Assembly (NCBI GenBank): GCA_963755715.1 | Contig: CAVWLW010000073.1 | Coordinates: 97,152 to 161,151 of the forward strand | DNA length: 64,000 nt | Direction: 5' to 3' | From: an uncultured delta proteobacterium | GTDB lineage: Bacteria > Desulfobacterota > Binatia > UBA9968 | Part shown: piece after piece, positions 43,291 to 53,079 of the stretch | How the letters are laid out: every line of letters begins with the position of its first letter | Numbering within the stretch: the first letter of the stretch is position 1 | The notes under the pieces: model-generated | What the model was told of the DNA's origin: nothing | Database searches by the model: none | Seen by the model: the letters and a program-made list of their open reading frames with translations, nothing else | Translations under genes and position numbers: made by a program

Positions 43291-43305
43291 TGGCGTGGGT
43301 CTTGC
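43291..43305 (+). promoter_or_regulatory. sigma54 promoter of the Pro-rich protein / glycine-zipper pair
   Basis: TGGCGT-GGGTC-TTGC(T), 36 bp upstream of the ATG. Confidence 0.72.
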
Positions 43306-43341
43306 TCTAATCTGTTCACGTGAACAAGTAGGAGAAGTCCT

Positions 43342-43824
43342 ATGGGGAAAAACACGCGAATAAAAAAAATATCCAGAATTGCATTTGCTCTGTTGGCATT
43401 GACCGCATGGATGACAATTGTCGCTGTGCCGGTCGGAGCGGCGCCTTGGCGCGGGGGAGGCCCTGGTTGGCACGGCGATATCGGACATTTTCGCGGGCAC
43501 GACTTTGTCGTGTGGCGTGGTGGTCATTGGTCGCATGGGTGGCACAGCGGTCGGTTCGGCTGGTGGTGGGTCATACCGGGAGGATGGTACTTCTATCCGG
43601 CCCCGGTCTATCCCTATCCAGATCCGTATGTTCCTCCGGTCATAGCGGTTCAGCCGGCACCGCCGGTTGCGCAGGCGCAGCCACAAACTCAAGTGTGGTA
43701 TTACTGCGATAGGCCCTCCGGCTATTACCCCTACGTTACCGAGTGCCCTTCAGGCTGGAGGACCGTGCCCGCAACACCTCCGCCGACGGCCGCACCCGGT
43801 GCACCTCCACCTCCCGTGCGATAA
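43342..43824 (+). CDS. Secreted Gly/His/Trp- and Pro/Tyr-rich protein
   Basis: AGGAG RBS; signal peptide; WRGGHWSHGWHSGRFGWWWV; YPAPVYPYP; WYYCDRPSGYYPYVTECPSGWRTVP. Confidence 0.8.
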   Translation: MGKNTRIKKISRIAFALLALTAWMTIVAVPVGAAPWRGGGPGWHGDIGHFRGHDFVVWRGGHWSHGWHSGRFGWWWVIPGGWYFYPAPVYPYPDPYVPPVIAVQPAPPVAQAQPQTQVWYYCDRPSGYYPYVTECPSGWRTVPATPPPTAAPGAPPPPVR

Positions 43825-43836
43825 GCGGAGTTAAAT

Positions 43837-44343
43837 ATGAACGCGAGACTACTCTTCATCATTTTATTGGCGACGATCACAGGGTGCGCCACGATCCCGA
43901 CCGGACCGACTCTAGCGGTGATGCCCGCCCCGGGAAAACCTTTCGAAGTTTTTGTCGCCGATGACACCGTGTGCCGGCAGTTTGCTGATCGGCAAACCGG
44001 CATCAATCCTCAAACAGCCGCCACGCAAGACACTGTGAGTGGTGCGGCGATTGGGACAGCGGTGGGAGCTATCGCTGGAGCGGCGATCGGAGCCGCCGCA
44101 GGTAATCCCGGAATAGGCGCCGGCGTCGGCGCCGGAACGGGATTGCTCGTAGGTACCGGAGCTGGTGCGCATGTCGGGTATGGAACAGGCTTCACGCTGC
44201 AACAGCGATATAATATTGCCTACGAGCAATGCATGTACGCCAAAGGAAACCAAATTCCAGGTCTTGTCCCGATGAGTCCTCCAGCAATAGCGCCGTCATC
44301 GTCGTTTCCGCCGCCACCGCCAAATTACCAACCGGCGCCATGA
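43837..44343 (+). CDS. Glycine-zipper lipoprotein (YMGG-like)
   Basis: Lipobox ITGC; GAAIGTAVGAIAGAAIGAAAG; QQRYNIAYEQCMYAKGNQIP. Confidence 0.85.
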   Translation: MNARLLFIILLATITGCATIPTGPTLAVMPAPGKPFEVFVADDTVCRQFADRQTGINPQTAATQDTVSGAAIGTAVGAIAGAAIGAAAGNPGIGAGVGAGTGLLVGTGAGAHVGYGTGFTLQQRYNIAYEQCMYAKGNQIPGLVPMSPPAIAPSSSFPPPPPNYQPAP

Positions 44344-44821
44344 CGATGACTTTCAGCAAGGTGCTGCCTCGCTATCGTAGGCGTTGGCTGACTTTCTTCC
44401 TTGGGCGCTTAGTGGCGAAGACACGGCAGCCATGCCTTGAACAGCGATCCACGGCCTATGCCCTCATTTGCCGAGTGGTTTGGCGATGGAGCGGCCGATC
44501 TGGTTCGAAGCATCGGCCTATTGAGACCCTATTCTCCGCAATCTTGACCGGAGTCGAAGGAAGGAAAAGCTGGTACACAAGACATTTTGTGTCACGCATT
44601 TCTCCCGCGACAGGCACACCCCGTTTAGTTCAAGTATTCCAAAAGTCCGCCGCGCAGAAGGGCAAGCTTAGCTGCGTGGAGCGTCGCCGGGCCGTATGTG
44701 GCTCGGAGCTTTTGATCACCCTGCGGCTTTGATAGGATGGTTGAGTTCAGACTTCTACGCATTCATTCGACCAGATACATTGAGAAGTATCTCTAATTCA
44801 TCGGATGGAGGCGCGGGCGTC

Positions 44822-46380
44822 TTGAAGCTAGATTCTCTGGCACAGCGAATTCCCTGCGGTTTGGCAATACGGATTTGCCATGCTGGGTGTCGCAGTGGCG
44901 CTGGGCATCACGAACTCGCTGGAGCGCCACACCACACTCCGAACGCCGCTCTTTTACATAGCAGTCATCATCAGCGCATGGTTCGGTGGAATCGGGCCGG
45001 GGTTGCTTGCCGTAGCGCTCTCCACGCTGGTAGTAGGCTACTACTTTGCGCCAGGGAACCAGATGCCGACGGTAAGCATAGACAACCGGCCATTCATCCT
45101 CCTGTTCTTATTGTCAGCCCTGCTCGCCTGCTGGATAAGTGTTCAACGGCGGAGGGCAGAGGAGGCGCTCAAGGAGGCGCGCGATGAGTTAGAAGCTCGA
45201 GTCGAGGAGCGGACCGCCGACCTGCGGCGGGTTACTGAAGGAGTTGCAGGCCGAGATCGCGGAACGCAAACGCGGCGAAGAGGTTTTGCGAGAAAGGGCA
45301 AACCTCCTCGATCTCACGCACGACACAGTCTTCGTGCGCGACATCAACGACGTCATCACCTTCTGGAATCGTGGCGCCGAAAAACTGTACGGATGGACAA
45401 AGGACGAGGCGGTCGGGCAGGTTTCTCACCACCTCACGCAGACGATCTTCCCGGCACCGTTGGAAGAGATCACAGCAGAGCTCAAGAGCACGGGTCGCTG
45501 GGAGGCGGAATTGATCCACACTCGGCGCGACGGAACACAGGTGGTGGTGGCGAGCCGCTGGGCGCTGCAATTGGACGAACGGGGAAAACCGGTTGGAGTC
45601 CTGGAGACTAATAATGACATCACCGAGCGCAAGCGGGCCGAAGAAGCGCTACACAAGGCGCAGGCGGAGCTGGCGCATGTCACGCGCGTGGCGACTCTGG
45701 GCGAGATGACTGCCTCCATTTCCCACGAGGTAAACCAGCCGCTCTCCGCTGTTATCACCAATGCTAATGCCTCTTTGCGTTGGCTCACCCGCCAATCGCC
45801 TGATCTAGATGAGGCACGGGCCGCCGTGGAGCGCATCATCCGTGATAGCAGCCGTGCAAGCGAAGTGATCGGGCGAATTCGCGACCTCGTCAAAAAATCG
45901 CTTCCGCGGCAGGACTGGCTCAATATCAATGACGCGGTCCTAGAAGTCATTGCACTGGCTCGCAGCGAAATGCACATGAATCGTGTTTCGTTACAAACTC
46001 AACTCGCGGATAATTTGCCGGCCGTACGCGCAGATCGAATTCAGCTTCAACAAGTAATCCTCAATCTGCTTATCAACGGCATCGAAGCGATGAACCGGAG
46101 TAACGAAGGGAGCCGCGAGTTAGGGGTCAGTACTGAGAGAGACGGATCGAGCGGCGTGGTGATTGCCATACGCGATGCGGGGGTGGGGCTGAATCCAGAA
46201 AATCTAGAACATCTCTTCGACCCTTTCTACACGACGAAGCCGGATGGAATGGGGATGGGGCTGGCGATCAGCCGCTCGATCATCGAGGCACACGGGGGCC
46301 TTCTTTGGGCTACGCCCAATACGCCTTGCGGTGCAGTCTTTCAATTCACGCTGCCCCATGACAGCGAGAGAGAATCATGA
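44822..46380 (+). CDS. Sensor kinase DUF4118-like TM-PAS-HisKA-HATPase (NodV-like core), frameshifted near 44852 and 45240
   Basis: AWFGGIGPGLLAVAL; LLDLTHDTVFVRD PAS; SISHEVNQPL; GMGMGLAISRSIIEAHGG. Confidence 0.88.
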
Positions 46381-46483
46381 CTCTCCTACCCTGTGTAAGC
46401 CAATTCGAAAACTGGTGCCCATCACGAATGACGAGCGCACCTTTGAAGTAACCGCACAGTTTTTCTAAACGTCGCCGTATTTG

Positions 46484-46912
46484 CTAAAGCAGTTTTGCGG
46501 TCAGGCGAATGTTCGTTCCGGCCAGCGCCTTTGACACAGGACAATTCAGTTTGGCGTCCAGCGCATATTTTTGAAATGTCGCGTCGTCCATGCCAGGAAT
46601 GTCGGCCTCGGTCTCCAACTCGATCGATGTGATGGAAAATCCTTCGCCGATCTTTTCCAGTTTCACTCGCGCTTCGGTATGGATGCGCGTTGGCGTGATT
46701 CTCCCGCGCGAGAGCTGCGCGGTCAGCGCCATCGTGAAGCACCCGGCGTGAGCCGCGCCAATCAACTCTTCCGGGTTGGTGGCCGATTGGCCTTCCTCAA
46801 ATCGGGACTTAAACGAATACGGGCCGTCAAACGCGCCACTGGCCAATTTCAACCGTCCGCTGCCTTCGGCCAAATTGCCTTGCCATTCTGCTTCCGCTTT
46901 CCGTGTTGGCAT
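46484..46912 (-). CDS. osmC: OsmC peroxiredoxin
   Basis: AEAEWQGNL; SFKSRFE; TNPEELIGAAHAGCFTMAL; NCPVSKAL. Confidence 0.93.
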   Translation of the reverse strand: MPTRKAEAEWQGNLAEGSGRLKLASGAFDGPYSFKSRFEEGQSATNPEELIGAAHAGCFTMALTAQLSRGRITPTRIHTEARVKLEKIGEGFSITSIELETEADIPGMDDATFQKYALDAKLNCPVSKALAGTNIRLTAKLL

Positions 46913-46962
46913 AAAGACTCCTGTCGATTTGCTGCTGCGATGCGACCGCAGTGGTTTCAGCC

Positions 46963-47647
46963 CTACCGGGCTGAGTATTTCGGGGCTGAGTATTTCGATA
47001 GAACCTGCAGCAACTTCTGTTCACCCGCCGGCGGTTTTACCTTGCCCGCGAGAATGTCCTTGGCCGCGACCGGCTTACCGTAGTATTCCGCGTTGGCCTC
47101 ATCCCGGGTCGCGATTACCGTGCCCTCCAAAGAAATACCGGCAAAAAGTCCCTGGCTGATACTATAACGTATACATGGCCGCCTGCAGCGCCACATTTCC
47201 CTCGGCGGTACGCCCGACCGGACCGGCCGCTGCGCTCAGGTTGCCCCCGAGGGTAACATTGCCGCCCTTCGAGAATGCGTCAACAGCTTCTTGAGTGTTG
47301 AGGACAATCACAAATTCAGTGATCTCCACGCCAGCTTGAAAGCCGACTCCTATCCCTCCCGTACCGATTGCCGAAGGACCGCTCCAACCCTTTCCGGTTC
47401 GCGCGACGACAATGCCGCTCCCGCCTCTGCCACTGCCGATGAACCCGGCTTTCGTAACGGTCAAGATCGCTAAACCTTTAGCGTCTCGCAGAACTCTATC
47501 GGGAATTGCTCGGTCAGGGATTTCCTGGAAGCGCTGAATAATCGTCACGGCCTGATTGACGTCGTCCTGCGTGCTCGCATGCGCGGCGGTGGCATTCAGA
47601 AACACGACGAGAAGAACTGCAACAATTGAAAAAGTAATTGGTCTCAT
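46963..47647 (-). CDS. SYLF/Ysc84-like lipid-binding secreted protein, frameshift near 47163
   Basis: Signal peptide; KAGFIGSGRGGSG; WSGPSAI; GFQAGVE; AAAGPVGR; SQGLFAGISLEG. Confidence 0.88.
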
Positions 47648-47757
47648 CTTGGCACTCTCCTTTTTTTTCGGCCGAGCGTTCATGCATACCGCGGTGGATG
47701 ATCGCTGCGCGCCGCGGTTTCATTTGAATGATCGCTCGGCTGCTAGACCATGGAACA

Positions 47758-47772
47758 GCAAGGATTAAGCCA
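47758..47772 (-). promoter_or_regulatory. sigma54 promoter of the SYLF-osmC unit
   Basis: TGGCTT-AATCC-TTGC(T). Confidence 0.68.
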
Positions 47773-47912
47773 GCCAGCCAACGGCTTTGACTTTTGTGTC
47801 ATCGATCTATGGGAGCACCGCAATTTATTATCTATTGTGAGTAACAGAGATGAAGAAGCGGGTCACAATCGACAAGCTTTTTGTTCTGTCGCTGCTTCTG
47901 ACGAAAATGTCG

Positions 47913-47946
47913 TGTCGATATACCGGAGTGAGTCGAAATCTCGACA
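47913..47946. promoter_or_regulatory. Tandem enhancer-like site (candidate UAS)
   Basis: TGTCGATATACCGGAG-TG-AGTCGAAATCTCGACA. Confidence 0.62.
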
Positions 47947-48079
47947 GAAGAACACGCGCCTTCTGTTGCGCTCTACGAATACATGTCTCTCAGTCATGCT
48001 CAACCCGGGATCGACGCCACCTCCATGTTTCTCGATACTCTCGCGCGCTCTGTCCCGAAACTGATCGACGTTTAAGCCG

Positions 48080-48189
48080 GTCTTTTTCGGCGCCACCGGC
48101 GATCTCGCCAAAAAATTTTTCCGTCGCTGCAGACGATGATCAAAACACGGCCATCTCAATGTGCCGATCATCGTGTGGGCAAGGCCGGC
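48080..48189 (+). pseudogene. zwf: Remnant of the glucose-6-phosphate dehydrogenase N-terminus
   Basis: Translates with frameshifts as VFFGATGDLAKK/IFPSLQTMIK/GHLNVPII; GATGDLA is the G6PDH nucleotide-binding motif. Confidence 0.75.
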
Positions 48190-48222
48190 GCATCCTAATG
48201 CGGAACATATATAGCTCCCTTC

Positions 48223-49242
48223 TCATCCGGCCGATTTTTCCAAGTGACCGCCGAACTCATAGCGCATAGCCGAGAGCAGTTTATCGGCGAAATCCGCCTC
48301 ACCGCGCGAGCTAAAACGCTCATAGAGGGCCGCTGTCAGAACGTGGGCCGGCACGGCCTCGTCGATGGCGGCCTTGATGGTCCATCGCCCTTCGCCCGAG
48401 TCCGACACCCGGCCGGAAAAATTTGCCAGATCGGGATTTTTGATCAGCGCGCTTGCTGTTAGATCCAGCAGCCACGACGCGATCACGCTGCCGCGCCGCC
48501 ATACCTCAGTGATGTCCGGCAGATTGAGGTCATATTGATAGTGCTCGGGATCGCGCAAGGGCGTCGTCTCAGCATCGATCTCATGTTTTTGCTTGCCGAT
48601 GTTGGCGGCGCGCAGCACGCTCAGCCCTTCGGCATAAGCCGCCATGATGCCGTACTCGATGCCGTTGTGAACCATTTTGACAAAGTGCCCCGCGCCGTTT
48701 GGGCCGCAGTGCAGATAACCCTGTTCGGCCGTGCCGACGATCTTTTCGCGCCCCGGAGTGCGCGCGATGTCGCCCCCGCCGGGAGCCAACGTGGCAAAGA
48801 TCGGATCGAGATAGTCGATCACCGGCTTCTCGCCTCCGATCATCAAACAGTATCCCCGTGTCAATCCCCAAACTCCGCCGCTGGTTCCGCAATCGACGTA
48901 GTGAATCCCCCTGGTAGCGAGGTATTTGGCTCGGCGGATGTCGTCGATGTAATACGAGTTGCCGCCATCGATGAGGATGTCCTCCTGCTGCAGCCGGTTC
49001 GCAACATCGTCCAACGTTTTATCGACCGCGGCCGCGGGCACCATTAGCCAGATCACACGTGGCGGCTTTAGCTTGGCAACAAGGTCGTCAATCGAGGCAG
49101 CCGCAAGGGCGCCGGTCTCCTTTGCAAAGCTCTCCCTCGTTTTCGCCGTAGCGGAATACACGATGACTTCGTGTCCGGCGCTCATCAGTCGGCGCACCAT
49201 ATTTCCGCCCATCCTGCCAAGACCAATCATTGCAAGTCGCAT
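48223..49242 (-). CDS. gnd: 6-phosphogluconate dehydrogenase, short YqeC-type
   Basis: [10 protein letters not shown]; IDGGNS; [10 protein letters not shown]; [16 protein letters not shown]; SDSGEGRW; FGGH. Confidence 0.95.
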   Translation of the reverse strand: MRLAMIGLGRMGGNMVRRLMSAGHEVIVYSATAKTRESFAKETGALAAASIDDLVAKLKPPRVIWLMVPAAAVDKTLDDVANRLQQEDILIDGGNSYYIDDIRRAKYLATRGIHYVDCGTSGGVWGLTRGYCLMIGGEKPVIDYLDPIFATLAPGGGDIARTPGREKIVGTAEQGYLHCGPNGAGHFVKMVHNGIEYGIMAAYAEGLSVLRAANIGKQKHEIDAETTPLRDPEHYQYDLNLPDITEVWRRGSVIASWLLDLTASALIKNPDLANFSGRVSDSGEGRWTIKAAIDEAVPAHVLTAALYERFSSRGEADFADKLLSAMRYEFGGHLEKSAG

Positions 49243-49280
49243 AGTTAATTCCTTTCTCTCAGCAGATTGTTTGTGAATCA

Positions 49281-49428
49281 AAATCCGAAATCGGAAGCAC
49301 GAAATCCGAAACAAATGAAACAGTCGAAACCGAAATCAAAAATTAAAATCCGAAATGAACTTGTTTGGAATTTTCTGCTTTTTGATCATTTGGATTTGTT
49401 TCGAATTTCGGATTTCGAGTTTCGAATT
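49281..49428. repeat. AT-rich short-unit (CGAAATC-like) array forming a long imperfect inverted repeat
   Basis: AAATCCGAAATCGGAAGCACGAAATCCGAAACAAAT ... ATTTGTTTCGAATTTCGGATTTCGAGTTTCGAA. Confidence 0.7.
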
Positions 49429-49953
49429 CATTCTGTCTTTTGTCCCTTCAGCTTTCGGTAACGCCGGATCAGGTTGTTGGTCGAACTATCATGGTTGAGA
49501 GTCGGCTCTTCCTTGCTCTCTAATTCCGGGATAATGCGTTGGGCCAACACTTTACCCAGCTCCACACCCCACTGGTCTAAGGAATCAATGTTCCAGATAA
49601 CACCTTGGGTGAAGACCGAGTGCTCGTAGAGAGCGACGAGCTTAGGCGAGCGTTTCCGGCGTGAGCCCGTTTTCGGCGAGGAGACGTATTCGACGGACGG
49701 TTGCATGGCGTCGATGCGTTCGCGCAGCCCGGATTCCTCGGCAAGTTGCAGCAGGAGCTTGAGGGTTTCGTCGGTGATGCGATTCTTCGAGTAGTCCAGA
49801 TAGAGGCCCAGCGCTTCGGCCGTCATGCGCTCGCCGCGTTTCGGGTCGTCTGCGAAGAGCTTGCGCAGATGGAACTCGCGGATATTCTTGATGGTGAGCT
49901 TCAAGGGCCTTCCATGCTTGGCGCTGAGTAAGCGGCGCGATTTGTTTTGTCAT
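49428..49953 (-). pseudogene. pgi: Glucose-6-phosphate isomerase with a large internal deletion
   Basis: N-terminus ([15 protein letters not shown]...RIDAM) joined directly to the C-terminus ([31 protein letters not shown]); the central catalytic region is absent. Confidence 0.88.
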
Positions 49954-50672
49954 CTCTGACTCCTTTTATTTCTTTGTGGTGAGGCGGAGCGAGTCTTTGC
50001 GGGAATTGAAGTCCTGCGCTTATCCGCGTTCTCCCAGAGGCGAAACCCGCCCAGGAAAGCATTGGCGTTGTCGCCCTCGCGGCAGCCTTTAGGTAGCTCC
50101 TTCAATTTTTTTACGTTGCCACCGCCAAGAACCACGTCGTCCGGTTCGAGGGCGGCGATCAGGCAATTCACCACTTCCGCGACATGGCTCCGCCATTTCT
50201 TTTTTCCGCGCTTCGCCAAGCTTCGCGCGCCGACATAATCTTCATAGGTACCCTTTTTGTAGGAAAGGTGGGCCAGCTCCATCGGCTCAAGAATACCATC
50301 GACGATCATAGCGGAACCGAGACCGGTTCCCAGCCCCAGGAACAACATCTTGCCGCCCTTGTAGCTTCCCAGAGCTTGCATGGCGGCGTCATTCACAACT
50401 TTGACCGGACGCTTGAACGCGGCTGCAAAATCAAACCCCATCCAGCCGCGTCCGAGGTTATGCGGTTCCGCAACCAGCCGATTCCGTACAACCATCCCGG
50501 GATAGCCAATCGATATCACGTCATACTTCCAGTCCCCGGCGAGCTTCTTGACTCCCGCGACCATCTGCTTCGGTGTCAAGCTGGGTCCGGACGAAAACTT
50601 CCGCGGCTCGTTTTGTCCGCTGGCGAGAATTTTTACGTTGTTCCCGCCGATATCGATAACCAGCACATTCAT
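49950..50672 (-). CDS. ppgK: ROK-family sugar kinase (polyphosphate glucokinase-like)
   Basis: IDIGGNNVK; SIGYPG; VVNDAAMQALG; LGLGTGLGSA; ELAHL; LGGGN. Confidence 0.8.
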   Translation of the reverse strand: MNVLVIDIGGNNVKILASGQNEPRKFSSGPSLTPKQMVAGVKKLAGDWKYDVISIGYPGMVVRNRLVAEPHNLGRGWMGFDFAAAFKRPVKVVNDAAMQALGSYKGGKMLFLGLGTGLGSAMIVDGILEPMELAHLSYKKGTYEDYVGARSLAKRGKKKWRSHVAEVVNCLIAALEPDDVVLGGGNVKKLKELPKGCREGDNANAFLGGFRLWENADKRRTSIPAKTRSASPQRNKRSQR

Positions 50673-51006
50673 GATGAAGCTTTCGTTATTACTATCGTTG
50701 AGATTTTTTTCCCCACGATGTGAAGCCACGAAGGTTCATAATCTTTCTTTAAACTTCGTGCTCTTCGTATCACTATAGTCAAAATCGCGGCCTGCGCAAA
50801 TATCTGGCATCGAAAGTCCGGAACGGAATTCCTCCAAGCGAAATCCAAAGATCGAAATGAAAAGAGCTCTTTAAATGATTTTCACTCTCAATCTCTGAAC
50901 TTTGTGCCCTTTCGCTTTCGGATATTCGAGTTTGGTTGCCTCGCCGCACTGGGTGCTTCGTGGTGAAATTTGGGTCATTTGTCGTTCCGACTCCAATGCG
51001 CTAGGA

Positions 51007-52092
51007 CTAGCTCGCTTTCGCAAGCGTCGCGCTCTTGGAAGCGATTACACCCATGAGTTCGTTCCAGGAATTGACGAACGATTTGGCGCCTTCGTCTTGC
51101 AGCCTTGCGGCCAATGCGTCGATGTCGATGCCGGCCTTGGCGAACTCGGCCAATACCACTTCGCAATCGCCGCCATCGGCCGACATGATTTCGCTCAGTT
51201 CACCGTGATCGGCAAGAGCCTTTAACGTTCCCTCGGGCATCGTGTTCACCGTGAAAGGCGCGGCGAGCGCTTTGATATAAAGGACATCGGAGGCTTTGGG
51301 GTCTTTGGTTCCGGTGCTCGCCCACAGCAGGCGTTGCCGACGACTTCCGGCGTTGTAGATGCGCTGCCAGCGCGGCGAGCCGAGCAGATCGCGGGATGCC
51401 TTGTAAATACGGTTGGCGATGGCGATGCCGAGTGTATTGGTCAGTGTGGCCGGCACCTTGCCTGCCACTGCGGCGTCCCAGCGGCTAATGAACACCGAGG
51501 CCACGGAACCGACCTCGGGGTTGAGCCCGGCATCGATGCGCCGCTCGATGCCGCGCAGGAATGCCTCGGCCGCCGCCACGTAGTGCTCGCGGGAGAATAA
51601 GAGTGTTACGTTGATCGGTATTCCAGCAAAGATCGCCTCTTCGATCGCGGGCAGCCCTTCCTTGGTGCCAGGAATCTTGATTAATAAATTCGGCCGTCCC
51701 GCCCGGAGGTGCAGTTCCTTCGCCGCCGCGAGAGTGCTGGCCGTGTCGTAGGCCAGCAGGGGAGATACCTCCAGCGATACCCATCCGTCCACGCCATTGG
51801 TCCGGTCGTAAATGGGTCGAAAGAGATCGGCGGCCTGGGTGAGATCTTCCAGCGCCAGATCGAAAAACAGCGCCTCGCCCGATTTTCCTTTTGCCAGACC
51901 TGCGCGGATCGCAACGTCGTAAGCGCTGCTGTTCTTGATGGCGTGATCGAAGATCGTCGGATTCGACGTGAGCCCCGTCACCGACAGCTCGTCGATGTAG
52001 CGCTTGAGCGTGCCGTTGGTCAGTAGATCGCGCGTGATGTTGTCGAGCCAGAGACTCTGGCCCAGGTTGTGGAGCAGTTGGGTCGCTTTCAT
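51007..52092 (-). CDS. tal: Transaldolase
   Basis: GQSLWLDNITR; GLTSNPTIF; VSLEVSP; IKIPGT; NVTLLFS; LLWASTGTK. Confidence 0.95.
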   Translation of the reverse strand: MKATQLLHNLGQSLWLDNITRDLLTNGTLKRYIDELSVTGLTSNPTIFDHAIKNSSAYDVAIRAGLAKGKSGEALFFDLALEDLTQAADLFRPIYDRTNGVDGWVSLEVSPLLAYDTASTLAAAKELHLRAGRPNLLIKIPGTKEGLPAIEEAIFAGIPINVTLLFSREHYVAAAEAFLRGIERRIDAGLNPEVGSVASVFISRWDAAVAGKVPATLTNTLGIAIANRIYKASRDLLGSPRWQRIYNAGSRRQRLLWASTGTKDPKASDVLYIKALAAPFTVNTMPEGTLKALADHGELSEIMSADGGDCEVVLAEFAKAGIDIDALAARLQDEGAKSFVNSWNELMGVIASKSATLAKAS

Positions 52093-52799
52093 GGTTTCAC
52101 CTCCGGAGAAATTTGGGTCGATTGTTGGCCCGCCAGCAGCGCGGGCAAGTCATAATCAAGCAGGTTGCCGATGCACTCCACGGTCAGGTCCGCGGGCGGA
52201 CATGCGGCGACGACCTTCGGATCGTGAGCATACTGACCTTGCCGCGGAAAGATGGTGCTCACGCGGTCACCCCAGATTTTTTTGACGGCGGTTAGGATGC
52301 GCAGCTTGTCGTCCACCAAGACATAGTGCTCAGCGGGGTAACGCCGTTCGACGTCATCCAACGCCTTTTCCTTGTGGATGTAAATCAGCACGTGCCCCTC
52401 CACCGCTTCGAAGATGCCTGAGCGTTCGACCTTGCGCGGTTGAAAGACCACGTCTCCGTCCGACAAGATGACCGTCTGTCCCCACCCGCGAAATCGTTCC
52501 AACACATCGAGCGATCCGGGATACAAACGATTGGCGAAGGGGTAGTCGACCAAGAACGACGACATCGACAGCAGGTGAATATCTCGTGGATGCTCGACCC
52601 GGTAGCGTTGCAGGGCGCCGAGATAATCGCGATAGCCCAAGTCGGCAAACAGCTGCTCGAGAATCGTCCAGTAGCGCTCGCGGGCGGCAACTCCGAACTC
52701 ACGGTCGAGGTGGCGCTTGATGTCGTCCTGGATGCGGTCGTTGTCGAGCAGCGTATTGTCCACGTCGACGAGAAAAACAATGGAGTTAGGTGATGTCAT
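52089..52799 (-). CDS. HAD-superfamily hydrolase
   Basis: DVDNTLLD motif I; LSDGD; VDDK. Confidence 0.85.
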   Translation of the reverse strand: MTSPNSIVFLVDVDNTLLDNDRIQDDIKRHLDREFGVAARERYWTILEQLFADLGYRDYLGALQRYRVEHPRDIHLLSMSSFLVDYPFANRLYPGSLDVLERFRGWGQTVILSDGDVVFQPRKVERSGIFEAVEGHVLIYIHKEKALDDVERRYPAEHYVLVDDKLRILTAVKKIWGDRVSTIFPRQGQYAHDPKVVAACPPADLTVECIGNLLDYDLPALLAGQQSTQISPEVKP

Positions 52800-52924
52800 A
52801 GCGACTCGAAGTTTAGATGAATCATCTTCTGACTACGCAAGGTCGACGAAGGGTTCGGATATCTTTGATTATAAACTTCGTTTCCATCGTTTCCTTCGAT
52901 GCGCAGCAGAGACCTCTTCCTAGT

Positions 52925-53079
52925 CTAGCAGGTTGCGGAAAAAAAATTCGGAATGCTTCGAGTGCCTCAGCATGAACGGGACATCATTAGTGAAATCAAT
53001 TCCCCTCCGTCGTTCTTGTAAGTCAGGATGGCCTGAGCGATGTCGAAGGACTCCGAGAGGATTTTCATTAACCGGCTAG
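52925..53079. repeat. REP/MITE-like palindromic element bounded by CTAG
   Basis: CTAGCAGGTT...AACCGGCTAG ends; internal CTTCGAGTGCCTCAG / CTGAGCGATGTCGAAG palindromes. Confidence 0.55.

Noticed and set aside
44860-44880. TGGCAATACGGATTTGCCA as a sigma54 promoter
   Set aside because: GG-GC spacing is two bases too long, and it lies within the probable kinase coding region.
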